From Camelus dromedarius (taxonomy: Eukaryota), in assembly GCF_036321535.1 (NCBI RefSeq), contig NC_087447.1, positions 50,842,001 through 50,906,000 on the forward strand: DNA of 64,000 nucleotides, in the 5' to 3' direction. Positions 41,180 through 59,150 of the stretch are shown piece after piece. The notes under the pieces are model-generated. The model worked only from the letters and a program-made list of their open reading frames with translations. It was not told the origin of the DNA and ran no database searches. Numbering within the stretch: the first letter of the stretch is position 1; the number at the start of each line of letters is the position of its first letter. The translations under genes were made by a program, and so were the position numbers.

Positions 41180-42921
41180 TGAGACTTTGTCCTCTCTGGG
41201 GAGTTGCAGGGCCCCTGAGGGGCTTACAGAACAAAGTCTCTATTTACTGGAAGCAACAGGTACCCTGCAAAAAGCCTGGACTCTTAGCAGGTCTGATGCA
41301 GGTTCAAATCCAGACTCTCCCACTTTCAAGCTGGGTGGCTGTAGACGGGTCACTTCATCCTCTCAGGCCTCAGTTTCCTCACAGCTGGAAATGGGCCTGA
41401 TGAGACCCACCTGGTCGGATATTCCATGCAATAATGCGTGCAGACTACCTGGCACCTAGGAGGTGCTTGGTAAATGGCAGTTGGGGTTCTTGTTGTGGCC
41501 CCGATTTTGAAAGCCCCCTCTTCTGTGATCTAGACAACTACCACCTCCTCCTTGAAGCTTTCCCAGATTCCTCTGACTGGTTGGGAACATTCTCATTTTT
41601 TACTTCTCTGAATAGTATCTTTGGAGTCCTTTCTGTGTGCTTGGCACAGAATAGATTGTCTCTCCACAGCCCCATTCAAACTTCCTAACAGGCTGTGAGG
41701 GAGGGACCATTATGGCCCCGTATTTGAGATGTAGCACCGGAGGCTCAGGGAGGGTCAGGGGCCTGAGGCGGCAGAGCTGGGAGCCTAGGCTAGGAGCCCT
41801 GTCCCTCCACAGCTCTAGGAGGTGTTGTTTACCACAAGGCTCTTCCCAGAGACAGGAGAGGAGGGTGGGGAAGTTGGGGCCTGAGGGTCTGGGGAGGGGC
41901 AGAAGGCCGGAGGCCAGTGCTGGGCCAGGGAAAGTGCCTGTAGGGAGAGGAAACAGGTGGCGGAAGCCAGCCTTCCGCGTGCTGGCCCTGCCTCCTGCCC
42001 CCGTCCCCTGCCTGGAAACGTTCCCTAGAACGAGCTGGCCAGTATCCCTGGGGCTCAGGACCAGGTCTGCAGGGGCATGAGTCACAGAGGGCTCCAGCAA
42101 GCTCTGCTTCTGAAGTGGGAGGTGCAGGGGGCTGAGGCCGGGGCCCTGCAGTTGGGCACCATCTCTCCTGCTCTCCGATGCTACCAGAACCTTCTTTGGG
42201 CCCAGGCCTCAGCATGTGGCTTGGACCGTGGCTGCAGGACCTCCCTCAGATCACCTGCCTCCCTGCCGTAGTCTCCTTTCTCTAGTCCTCTCTCCACCGC
42301 AGTGAAAGACGTGGGTCTCAGATGCAAATCTGATCTGGTCACTCCCTGCTGCCTCTGAGGCCCTTCACAGCCCCTCCACCAACCCTGCTGCCATCACAAA
42401 AATGACTGTGACAGTTAGAAAAATGTATCTCTTTCTTAAGGAAGACACTACTGTCAGCAGCCAGAAAGTTGTCCGAATACCTACAAATCTAAGATGGCTG
42501 TAATATGAAGGGTGCTCCCTGGGGTAGTACAAGGCACCCACCACCTGCATAATCATTATCTTGACGTGCATGAGCCTTCTCAGTCCCCATAAAGTCCCCT
42601 GACATGTCCTGTGCGTGCAGGCCTCCTTACCTTTGCACATGCATGCCCTCCCAGTGCCCTGTCTCCCCCGTCAGGCTTAGAGCAAAGACCACCTCCTTGA
42701 CGAAGCCTCCTCGAGGTGTCCCAAAGGGAATTAAGCCGTCTCTTCTCTGTGCCGTCAGCACAGAGGGTCTCATTCCGTGCTGCTGTGTGGGTTTGGACTG
42801 CTGATCCAGGTCCATTCCTGCCTTTGCACCTCATTTGCTGTGTGGTTCTGCCTCTCTGGGCCTTTGGGGCTGGGAAAATACAGAGCAGGGCTGGCCTCCC
42901 AGCAGGAGCCTCCTGCACTGA

Positions 42922-43218
<297 letters not shown>

Positions 43219-43459
43219 TAGGTGTGGCTAGAAAAATTGGGGGTCAGGCAGGGGAGTGCATCTGAGAACTTCCATTGCCATGCCAGGCTGGCGTGGGCTT
43301 CACACGTGTGGTGTCACGGACGAGACCAGGGCTGCCAAGCTGCCAAGCTGTTAGCTGTAGCAGAAGGTTTTACAATCATCCGGCCAAGCTAAGGAGAAGA
43401 ATGAGTGTCAGAGGAGGCAGGACCTGGCTGGGGCCACACAGAGTCAGGAGCAGAGCTGA

Positions 43460-43723
<264 letters not shown>

Positions 43724-45711
43724 TGAGGGGATACAGCACCGAGTAGGGTCAGTGCTGGGCCTCTGCCATCCTCCTGCCATGCAGCTGGCGCCGGGAGGAG
43801 CGGGTGTGGGTAATAAGGCCTCCTGGGTGGTGGAGGGGCAATTGGTTTTTGAGAGCGTCTATGATGTGGGGGTGGGGCCGAAGCACTGACGGTGGGTGAG
43901 AAAGCCAAAGGCCAGAGGTGGGCTCACCAGGGAGGCTGGATCAGTCCTGCTCCTGTGGTTGTCTGCCCTGGAAATTTGGGCAGGCCACCTACCCTGTCTG
44001 ACCCTCACTTCCCCATCTGTAAATTGGGATGTGCTTGTAGTGGTGCAGATGGTGGGGGCAGGGGTGCCCTTGAGTGTATCTTAGTTTCCTTCCTGTGGTT
44101 TCCTGCCAGGCGGGGTTCATCCTGGGCTGTGGTTTGCCTTGTGCCGCCCTCCTTGCTGTGTACTGCCCCTGGGCCTGTTCCCGAGCTCCCTGAGCAGGCA
44201 CCTCGGTCTTTCTGGCTCCTACCACAGCCTGGGAAGGACTTTGGGAGCTAGGCAGTTGGGGAGGGGGCAGGGCTGGGAGCAGGAAGCTGGGCTGCGGGCA
44301 TCCTGGCCTTGGGACAGAGCTTGCTGGGGAGTTGGTGGAGGCAGGAGCTATAGCAGGGATGGTGCGAGCTCTGGCTTCCCCATTTCTATTTCTGCTGTTC
44401 TAGATTTCTGGTTGTCCCTTCCTCAGGCATGGGGTGGGTCCTGGGCAGCTCAGGACAGCTGGGGAGAGGGAAGAGGGCAGCCAGCCCTGAGCTGGAGCTG
44501 GAGGGAGCCCTGGAATCCAGTCTGATTGCTCCGTGGCTGATGGGCTGTGGGCCAATGCCTTCATCTCCCTGAGCCTTCATTTCCTCATTGGAAAAATGTG
44601 CCGACTGTCCCCTGCCTGTGCATGTCACAACTGCAGGCAGGAAAGCGTGTTCTGTACGCCAGGCCCCAATGGGGGCTTTTTGTCCATCATCTCATTTAGT
44701 TGTCGCAGCAGGCCTCTGAGGTAGAATTATTATGCCCGTTTCAGAGGCTCAGTGTGCAGAAGTGAGTGGCCCAAGGTCAGGCACTGACCTGGAGTAGAGA
44801 GCAGGCCTTCCAGCCTGTGCTTCTGATGTCCAGCCCCTGTGAGTAAGGGAGGGAAGGCACCTGGTGCCAGAGACCTCTGAGGACCATCATTGTCACCATC
44901 CTCCCCATCCTCACCTCTCAGGGCTGTTCAGAAATGGGCAATGGTTTCCAGCCAAATGAATTTCCCATTCATTTATTCATCCATTCCTCTGTTCATTCAT
45001 TCAGAAAGCCTTGGCTGAGCAGCCCCTCTGTGCTGGGCCCTGGCCCCATGTGATGCGGTCTGTGATTATCCGATGGAGGTGGCTTCCCCACCAGACCCAG
45101 GTTGGCCTGGTTCACTGCGGCCCCATCCCAGCACCTAGCACAGGGCTGGCACATGGAGACATTCGATTCCTGTACTGAATGAACCATGAAGTTTTGTCCA
45201 ACTGGAGTGAGGGCTGGGGGCTTGGGGATGAGGAGAGAGGGCTGGAGCAGTGGGCAGGGCCTGATGATGGAGGACCCGGGTGCCAGGGGAGGAGACCAGG
45301 CTTGGCCCCAGGAGCCTTGAGGTATCACTGTAAGTTCCCTCCTTGAGGGAGGGTCAGAGCGGAAGTGACAGAAGCCAGGAGACTGATTAGGAGGCTACTT
45401 CTAAGGTCCTGGAGAGAAATGCTGGTGGCCTGGCCCAGGTCAGGGGCTGGTGTGCCAGATACATCTAGAAGATGCCCGGGGCTTGGGCACAGATGGCTGG
45501 AGGGATGAAGGCAGTGTGTGTGCATATTGGGCCCCCGACTCCATCCCGTCACATTAGGCCCCTCCTGCCCCATTTGTCCCACACAGGCCCCTGGGAAGCG
45601 GCCTCAGCTGTACCTGTCTGTGCCCGTGGCTGTGGGAGGCCGCCGCATGGGGCCAGAGCAGGGCTGGGAGCCTTTGGGGCTGAAGCAAGCCTAGGCCTGG
45701 GCTCTGAGTGA

Positions 45712-46029
<318 letters not shown>

Positions 46030-46882
46030 TGATTTACACAGCCCCGTCTGTGCCCCACCGAAGTGTGTCCCATATTCCATGTAAGGGTCCTGTGTACAGT
46101 TGTGACAATTTACAGATGGGCAGGGCTGACTCGAATGTGATTCAGGCTCCACAAAAATCCTGTAACTTGCTCGTTTTGCAGTTCATCTGGTCACACTCTC
46201 TCTCTCTCCGTAGATCCATCTGGCTGTCCATTTGTCCAGCCATCCTTTGTCCATCCACCTGTCCCTCCATGCATCTGTCTGACTGTCCATCACCTCCCGT
46301 GGCTGTGCCCTTGTTTGTGTGTGCTTCCAGGCATTGGCTCGCTGGCTCACCTGTACTGATACAGCCATCCTTCACTCCTCCCTTTATATTTTTACGTTCA
46401 GGAGACACCTGCTGTTTGATGTGTGGTTTCTTATCCTCCATTGGCTCAAAGGTGACTGTCATCCTGTAGAAGCTGCCTCGTGTGTGCAGGGGAACAGTGT
46501 GGTTCTCACTCAGAGTTGGTCAGAAGCCCACGGTTCTAGCCCCAACCTCATCGAGTCTCAATTTCCTCACCTATAAAATGAGGGAATTAAACAGTCACTA
46601 ACAAGTGGTATTTACAGTGTCCAAAGCATTTAGTCTTTATATTATTTTGCTCATACATTTATTTATGAATAACTTTCTGAGTGTCCACCTTATGTGACAA
46701 GCCTGTGAGGCAGGCAGGGCAGGTATTATTCTGCCCATTTTGCAGATGAGGAAGCCAAGGCACACAGAGGTTATATGCCTTTGCCCAAGGTCCTGGGGCC
46801 AAGGAGACACAGGGCTGAGACTCAGCCCTGGTCTCCTGATTCCAAACCCCACATGTGCCCTGGCACTGATTCTCTGCTCTGA

Positions 46883-47029
<147 letters not shown>

Positions 47030-47404
47030 TGAGGCCTTTGACCCTGGCCCCATTGCCATGGCAGCAGGACTTACCTGTTCGCGGGGGTGGTTGGCCTCCT
47101 GCCACTGCCGCCAGCCCCTGCTGTTCCTCCAGCCCAAAGTCCAAGTCTGGTTTTTGTGGCTCTCCCCATCTGGTCAGCAGTGTTTGTGCTTTTCTTCTGG
47201 AATGTTTTGGTGGGTTGTGAGCACCCGGGTCATTAGAGACCTCAGAGGAGGCCAGGAGTGGGTGTGTCACGTGGAGCTCAATGAAGCAACAGGCCGCAGC
47301 CGGACCTGGTGCTGGGGAGGTGAACCAGAAGGAGGCCGGCCCCTGGTCTGAGGATGGGGGGCCCTCGGGGGGCCAAGGCCACACTCTGTGGAACTTTGGT
47401 TTGA

Positions 47405-47785
<381 letters not shown>

Positions 47786-48162
47786 TGAGCCCCATGATGG
47801 GTGTGTCCTCCAAGGGTGTGCCTCCACCTCAGGCAGACAAATTGCCTCCAAGTGTGACCTGAGCCTACTGGGGGATGTCTGTAGGGCTCTGCCTCCTCTG
47901 AGGAATGCATGAAACTGGACCCCTCATTTCCCTTCTCCCAGCCAAAGGCAGGGTGGGGGCCCAGTCCTTTCTGTGGATCTTCGGGAGGCCAAGGCGAACC
48001 TGTTTTGGCTTTGGGATCAGTGGTGCCCCCAACCTGCTGTGTGATCTAGAGAATTTCTCACATGCCTCAGTTTCCCTCTCTGCAAATTATTTGTCAAAGT
48101 CGCTTACAGTCCCATAACTCAGCCAGTTTGGGGTGGGGTCCAGCTGGTGGGAAGCACTGTGA

Positions 48163-48384
<222 letters not shown>

Positions 48385-48439
48385 TGAGTGGGTCCAAGCC
48401 CTCAGCTGGGAGATAACACCGGATAAAACCTGAGCCGGG

Positions 48440-48595
48440 GTGGGAGCCCCTAGCCACGCGTGGCTACTGAGCACTTGGAAGGGCAAAGCATTGAATAGTA
48501 ATTACATGAATGATTTCACCTTTTTTTTTTTTTAAGTATTTTAAATGTAGCCACTACATACATGGCTTACATTATATTTCTATTGGGCAGCGCTG
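48440..48595 (-). mobile_element. MER33-like hAT DNA transposon remnant
   Basis: Reverse strand starts cagcgctgcccaatagaaatataatg; ctagccac...gtggcta near the other end. Confidence 0.6.
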
Positions 48596-48918
48596 GTCTA
48601 GAGCCTTCACCCAATGGCTCTGAATTTCTGGGTTTGTTCCCTCAGAACCTCAGCTGGGGAGGTGTAAGCAGGCTTCCTGGAGGAGCTGGTCTCAGCTGAG
48701 CCCTGAGGACAGGTGGCATTACTGTCTGGGATTATCATGAGCCCTCTCTGTGGCTCAGCGCTGGGCATCTGTCTGCACTGGGCTGTGAGGGCTGAGTGGG
48801 GCGTGGCCCAGGCTGGAGAGGCCTGAGTCTCAGTCCTTACCAGCGGTCAGGAGGTCGGGACTCAGGCCTGGGTGCTACAGGGGCTCCTTGGGCTCCCCAA
48901 GGAGGGCTGGCTCCCTGA

Positions 48919-49173
<255 letters not shown>

Positions 49174-49547
49174 TAGGGACAGGCCCCAGAAAGATGGCCC
49201 TCCCTCCTCTTGTGCCCCTTTGCATTACAGTCCACCTGATCCCCTCTGAGCAGAGAGCAGCAGAGATGACCTGGGTCAGGGGCCTCAAGTCCCAGACCCT
49301 GTCCAGCCACCAGTCCGCCATGTGACCTTGGGCTAGTCACTGTCCCTCTCCAGGGCTGTTCATTCACAAACCTTTATTCATTTGTGTATTGAGGACCTAC
49401 CCTGCACTGGGCTCTGTCTGGGGGAGTGAACAGGATGAACAAAACCCTACGCTCATCGAGGAAGAGCTGGCCCTGCAGGGACAGGTCGGGGAGCTGCAGC
49501 CCAGCCCCAAGTTGCCCCCACGGCAGGGAACCCCTTTTTCTCCCCAG

Positions 49548-49751
49548 GACCTGGAGCGCGGGCGGAGGGAGATGGTGGAGGAGGACCTGGACGCGGCCCT
49601 GCCCCTGCCTGACGAGGACGAGGAGGACCTCTCCGAGTATAAATTCGCCAAGTTTGCCACCACCTACTTCCAGGGCACCACCACGCACACCTACACTCGA
49701 CGGCCGCTCAAGCAGCCACTGCTCTACCACGAGGACGAGGGCAACCAGTTG
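49548..49751 (+). CDS. MYO7A: Exon 24 (DLERGRRE...EGNQL), MyTH4-1 start
   Basis: AG/GT flanked, 204 nt. Confidence 0.97.
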
Positions 49752-49924
49752 GTGAGGGCTGGGGCCGTGCTGGGTCCCTGGGTCCCTGGTATGCAGGGAC
49801 CAGGGCTGACTTCGCCTGCACCAGTCTGGGGCCACGCCACGGGCAAGGTCCCAGGGAACACCCACAAGGTGTCAGCCCTTGGTCATTCTGATAACTTTAG
49901 CAACATCCTGGCTGCACTTTCTGA

Positions 49925-50224
<300 letters not shown>

Positions 50225-50401
50225 TGACCCCTGCTCTCCTCTGCCTACTCACGGGAAAAAATGGGTGAGCATTTCATCGACTGAAATGCTGACCACAACT
50301 GAAGCTGCTTGGCAGAGCTGATGGGCTCTGCAATTGGGAAGTGGTGGGCAGGTCACTACACTTTTCTGAGTCTGTTTTCCCATCTGTCACTTGGCTGATA
50401 G

Positions 50402-50644
<243 letters not shown>

Positions 50645-51923
50645 TGACCCAAGATGGGGGCAAGGCTGGGCTCTGGATCCTCAGGGACAGGGTGGGAGTG
50701 GACACTGCCTGTTCTCAGGGGATCTGGATGGTTGGCAGGACAGTGTGGGGGGTGATCAGGCAGACAGGATACAAGGAAGAAGGCAGTGTCCTCAGGCTGG
50801 GGCCAGTCAGGGAGGCTTCACGGAGGAGGGGATGGGAGAGCTGGGGAGGGCTGGACTGGCAGCTGGTGAGAAGGAGGACATTTCCTGCCAGGGCATTGAC
50901 CAGGACATTTGCTCCAGGGACCTTTAAGCTGATGAGAACTTTTCTGTGGGATCAGAGTGCCCATGGGGCATTAACACCATTAATTTGAATTCATTCATTC
51001 AGTCACATTGTATTTTCTGAGCACGGTCGCAGCCCTGTGCTGCAGGATTATCCAGGCTGGAAGGGCAGACACAAACTAAGGCATTCATGGAGCAGGGCGA
51101 CTGGCTCTTCCCTGCCCATGCTTCTGTGCACACTGGTCCCTCTGCCTAAAATTTCTCCTTCTTCTCTGCCTGGGGGTCACCTCTTCAGGAAGCCTTCAGA
51201 GTCAGGCTGCTTCTTGGAGCCTTCCGCAGCCTGTCTTGTTTCTGCCCTCATTTTGTTTCCCATCCAAGGCTCAAGTCCAGTCTTGTAGCTACATAGCTGC
51301 AGATTTGAATTGCAGCTCTACCGCTCAGTATCCAAGGCACACAGGGAGGAAAGTGCCCACTAGTGGGTTCCTGGAAGGATGGAGACGATGGCTGTGGGTG
51401 CTCAGTAGACAAGAGGACCTCCCACGCCCCTCCTGTCTGCAGGGGCACACTCCCGTCGCCCACCCTCTCACTCACTCCACTACTCTGGACAGAGTGCAGG
51501 GCAGGTGCTGCGCGGGGCCAGAGAGGAGAAACGCATTTGTAAGAATCCAGGTCCGAGGCTGTTTGCACAGGGGCATTAATGATGGGTGATGGTGACCAGG
51601 TGCTTGGAACCCAGGTGTACTCTGGGTGTCAGCGTGGTATGTGGCCCACCCCAGAGAGACACAGGTCCCACCAGAGTCAGAGGAGGAGATCCCTGTCCTG
51701 GCTAAGGGGACTTCCCTGGGGTAGGGGCTGGAGGTGGATGTCATGGAGGCTGCAGAGGAGCCTGATCCCCAGAAGTGGGGGGCGGTGCTCCCGAGCTGTG
51801 TGGGCCAGGCATTGATCCCACACCTGTTCTGCACAGGGCGGCCGTATGATGGTGGTGAGGAGCCAGCTCTCTGGCTACTCCCAGGATTCTGCTCTCTAGG
51901 GGAGTGGGCAGACCTAGGCATGA

Positions 51924-52417
<494 letters not shown>

Positions 52418-52860
52418 TGTCGGTGGCGCGATATCATGTACGCTCAAACACCGTGCGGAGAGAAGCAAAGCAGTTCTGTTTATTGATTCTTGTAAAAGGG
52501 TTTATATAGGACATGCACGATGCCTCACATACCATCTAAGTTATAACAATGTTAATAATCTTAAACTATTTAGGTTCCCAGGCTCCTGCAGTAAGCATAG
52601 GATGTTACATGATCAAGGACAGATTGTTTTAAGTTCGTCACGAAACTTCATTAAGTAGGCCATCTCTTATCCAGCCGGCTGTGCCTGTCTTAGGTTGTCC
52701 TCCTCTGAGGATCTTACCCGTTATTGGCTATCCAGTCATTCATACTGGATACATTAAATAGGCCATTTCTTATCCAGCCTGGATACGTGACATTCCTCAT
52801 AGCTTGTTTATCAGTTCAGCCCATGGCTTATTCTCTAGAGCCTTCAGGTGGGGGCCTACA
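52418..52860 (-). mobile_element. Young solo LTR (443 bp), antisense to MYO7A
   Basis: TG...CA ends; exact 5-bp target-site duplication GTCAT (52413-17 and 52861-65); minus-strand TATATAAA (52501-08) and AATAAA (52479-84). Confidence 0.85.
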
Positions 52861-54297
52861 GTCATCATGATCTGACATGCATTTTCTGCTGTAATTCAGC
52901 CCTGCCAGCACCTTCTGTGCATCCAGCAGGCCCATGGTCAGCATGCCTGGGATCCTGCAAGTGTCTCCTTCCGCTCCCAGGCCCAGGAGAGGCCTTTGCT
53001 CAGATCCCTCAGATCCCTGGGTTGATGACCCACGACTTTCCAGGAGCAATTAAGGAATCAACTCACCTGTGACACGGGAGGGAAAACAGGACTTCTCTGA
53101 GGACTCCACCTGCACAGGATGGCTGGTCAGGAGAGCCGAGCCCATGAACCTGTGTTAGATGGCTGGGAGGACTGCAGGATGGGACTGGTGAGGGGTCAAG
53201 TGCCATTTACCAATGAGAGACTTGAGGTCCAGAGCCGGGAAGAGGCTTGCCCAGAGGCCACTGGCCTCCCCTTCATTGCTCCTTGAGGCCAGTTACTACC
53301 TCCCAGAGATGGTCTTAGTGCCAGGGGCCACCCGCCTCCAGGAAGAAAATGTAGCTAGCTGCCCAAGATATGTTTAAGGGGCATGAATTTGCCCTGAAGT
53401 GGTCACTTCTAGAGAACACAGTGCCAGGAGCCCAGGACCAAGTCAGAAGGCTGGAGTGCCAACTCCCTGAGGGACCACAGCTAGTCCCTCCCTTCCCTTG
53501 GCCTCAGTCTCTTTGTCTCTAAAGTGAACGGGGTAAGGGGCTTCCAGCTACAGGTAATAACGTTTTCACTGGTCTGTGACAAGGTGGGAAGAGAAGGATG
53601 TTTCTAAAGCTAAATTTGACTTATTTAAAGGGCTGTTCTTTGCTCTGAGATTTCACCCTTCATACTTTTTGGATATTAAAATTACCTTTGTTTTCTAAAA
53701 TGGTTGTGATATAAACAGTGGGCAGGTGCTGTGTATGCGGTGCTTTGAATGTCCTTATTTGTCTTGATAAGAAGTCATTATTTATTTATTTATTTATTTA
53801 TTTTGAAGTTGTACTGTCCCTGAACTCTCAAAATCAGGGCGCCCCACTGATTTAGTCCCTCCTTCCTGCCCAGGCCTGCCCTTCAGAGAGGAAAGAGCAG
53901 CAGTGAGTGCCCCTTGGTGGTCACTGCGTGGTGGTGGGTCCTGCCCTTGGCCCTGAACAGGCAGGCAGCTTCTGCTGAGGGTTTACAGTGCTGGGCACTG
54001 TGCTAGGTCCTTTATTAAGCCTTGGCTCATTTTTCTTAGGATCCTGCTAGGAAGATGTTATGATTTCCCTTTAATATGAAAACCAAGCAAAACCAAAAAT
54101 TACCTTCATTGCTTTAAACTGGCTACAGAAGTAATACACAGCCACTTAAATATTCAAACATTCTAGAAATATATCAAAAGTCAAAGTCCCTACTCATTCC
54201 ATTCCCCAGAGAAGTTCCCCAGGTGTTTTTTCTATTGTTCCTGCTTCCATGAGAAGTGAACTCACCTGCTCAGGCCACGCAGCTTGGTGAGGGATGA

Positions 54298-54945
<648 letters not shown>

Positions 54946-55396
54946 TAAGAGCCCCATTTTATTTATGAGGACACTGAGTTTGACAACAGCACCCCCTGGA
55001 CCCTCCACATGCTTGTCTGGAGCACTTTAGTTTGTCTCAGGCCATTTTCTTGACTGCTCCTTAGTGCCAGGCTCTGGGTGCTGGGGACACAGAGGCAGGG
55101 CAGGTGATGGCAGGACCAACCCAGCTGGTCAGCCCTGTGAAGAGGGGTCAGGTGGTCTCTGGAGGGAGAGGAGCAGTTATGCTGGGCAAAGTGGGGTATG
55201 GCATTGTGGGCTGACGCAGAGGGCATGGCTGAGGCCAGACAGGTGGCCTGTGCCAACCTGAGGCACGTGGACTTGATCTGGAGGGCAGTGGGAGCCCTGG
55301 AAAGCAGAGGGGTGTGGATGGACCTGCCTTGAAGAGCAGGTTCTCAGTGTGGGTGGAGGGACCGGAGACCCAATGAGGCTGCTCTGACGGACCAGG

Positions 55397-55825
55397 TGTT
55401 ACCAACCCAGGTCCTTAGACTCTTTAATCAATAGAAATTGATAGAGGCCAGATGAGAAATTGAGGCAAGGCTTTACTGGGACTCTTGCTGCAGCACTAGG
55501 GAGCCAGAACAAGAAACAGGTGCTCTGAGTTGGGGCAGGTTCTTCCTTAAATGGGGGGAGAGTAGAGGTGCGGCTTCGGTGGTCTGCCCTCCCACTTGGT
55601 GGTGCCACGTGTAGGGGTCATGCGCAGTGCCCTGCTTTTGCTCCCCGTACCTCAAATGTAGTTTTTTTTTGTGGCCTTTTCGTATCCTGTTATTCATAAT
55701 TATCCCAGCCGCACCTGTGTGCAATTATTTTTAGTCCCTCATAGTTTTTGTAGTCCGTTGCTCACGGAGTCATTTGTCCAGGTGCGAGCACTCAGGTAAA
55801 GGGTCTCAAGTCCCAGACTATCTCA
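55397..55825 (-). mobile_element. ERV1-like solo LTR, copy B (429 bp)
   Basis: TG...CA ends with a 4-bp target-site duplication CAGG (55393-96 and 55826-29); homologous to 33010-33474. Confidence 0.85.
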
Positions 55826-55884
55826 CAGGCAGGCAGAATGAGGGGGGCCGGAGTGGGTCTCCTCAGCTGGTCCTCTGTCCGTAG

Positions 55885-56142
<258 letters not shown>

Positions 56143-56279
56143 TGATGATTGACTCCCATCTGCTGGCTTCATAGTCAAGGCGACTTGGGCAGGGGGTTTC
56201 CTCTGCTCAGTGGCTTCATCTGCAACATGGCGATAGGGATACTCATTTCACAGGGTCTTGTGATGGTTATGTGATGTGA

Positions 56280-56798
<519 letters not shown>

Positions 56799-56855
56799 TA
56801 AAGGAGCAGTGCTCCTGGCTCTGCCCTGACTTGTTAGGACCACGGAGAGGTCTAA

Positions 56856-57875
<1,020 letters not shown>

Positions 57876-58931
57876 TAGCTAGGCTTCTCCTGGATTTCAC
57901 ACCGCCTCCAGGAGCAAGGGCTCTGGAGAATAGCCTGCGTTCTGCCCGTGGGAGGCGTTCCCACACTGCTGCAGTGATGGTGCCCGGCACAGGGGGTGCG
58001 CTTCAGAACTTGCTGTATTGTTCTGAGTTAGTCTAGAAAGTCCTGCTCTAAAGGAGTAAGAGAGCCACTTACTTAGACCAGAGTTTGCGAATGTGTATCC
58101 TTTTATCTCCAGAGGACAGGATTGATGTGGTTTTGTTTTTGACGGTGATGCTGGTTTTTGTGATACTCATGGCTCTGTTGGTGATTATGGTGGAAATGAT
58201 GGAAATGAAGGGGAGGTTTGGTGGCAGTGGTGGAGGTGGTGACGGTAATAATGTGGTCTTGGTGTTGGTGAGCTGATCGTCAGGCAGGATGCATTAGTAC
58301 GGCCATATCAGTTGCTTAAGTTCTGAAATACTTTGAACTAGTTGGAAAACATCTACTGTCTTCAAGGTGCCCAAGGGTCTTTCTCTGTTGTCGCTGCTGC
58401 CAGAGCCCTGGGGAGCCCCAGGAAGGCATCACTGGGGCTGCCGTGCACCAGCCTCAGGCAGAAAAGCGGCGGATGCTCAGTGCCCACTGGCTTTCTGAAG
58501 CCTCTGCAGTACAGCTTACTGGTTGTTCAGTACTTTGACTATGCCCGGGTGATGTAGTGATGGTGATGGAGGCCATAACAGTGATGCATTCCCCTCCTCT
58601 GATAGTCTCCAGCGGTACCCAGGCCCCCTGTTCTCCAGGGCAGGCCCTTCTCTCTGGGCTGATGATGTAGTGGCTGCAGCATGACCGATGGGCGGGCTGG
58701 ACTCTCTGGGTCAGCTCGTGTGCCCTGGGCAGAGTCCAGCTCTGCTGGTGCTGAGGGGACCCAGGAGAAGGCAACGGTGTGGCCCTGCCCTTGGGGAGCT
58801 CCTGGTGGACCGGCAAGAGCACAAGGTCCCAAAGGCTGGACTCTGCGAGTTACAGGAGGCAGGGCCTAGGGGCTTTGGTGGTGCAGAAGAGCTTCCCAGA
58901 GGGTGTGTGAGCAAGATCTTCCCCCGCCTAG

Positions 58932-59150
<219 letters not shown>

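Noticed and set aside
58130..58275. Hydrophobic ORF resembling a membrane microprotein
   Set aside because: Derived from a degenerate (TGG/TGA)n low-complexity tract.
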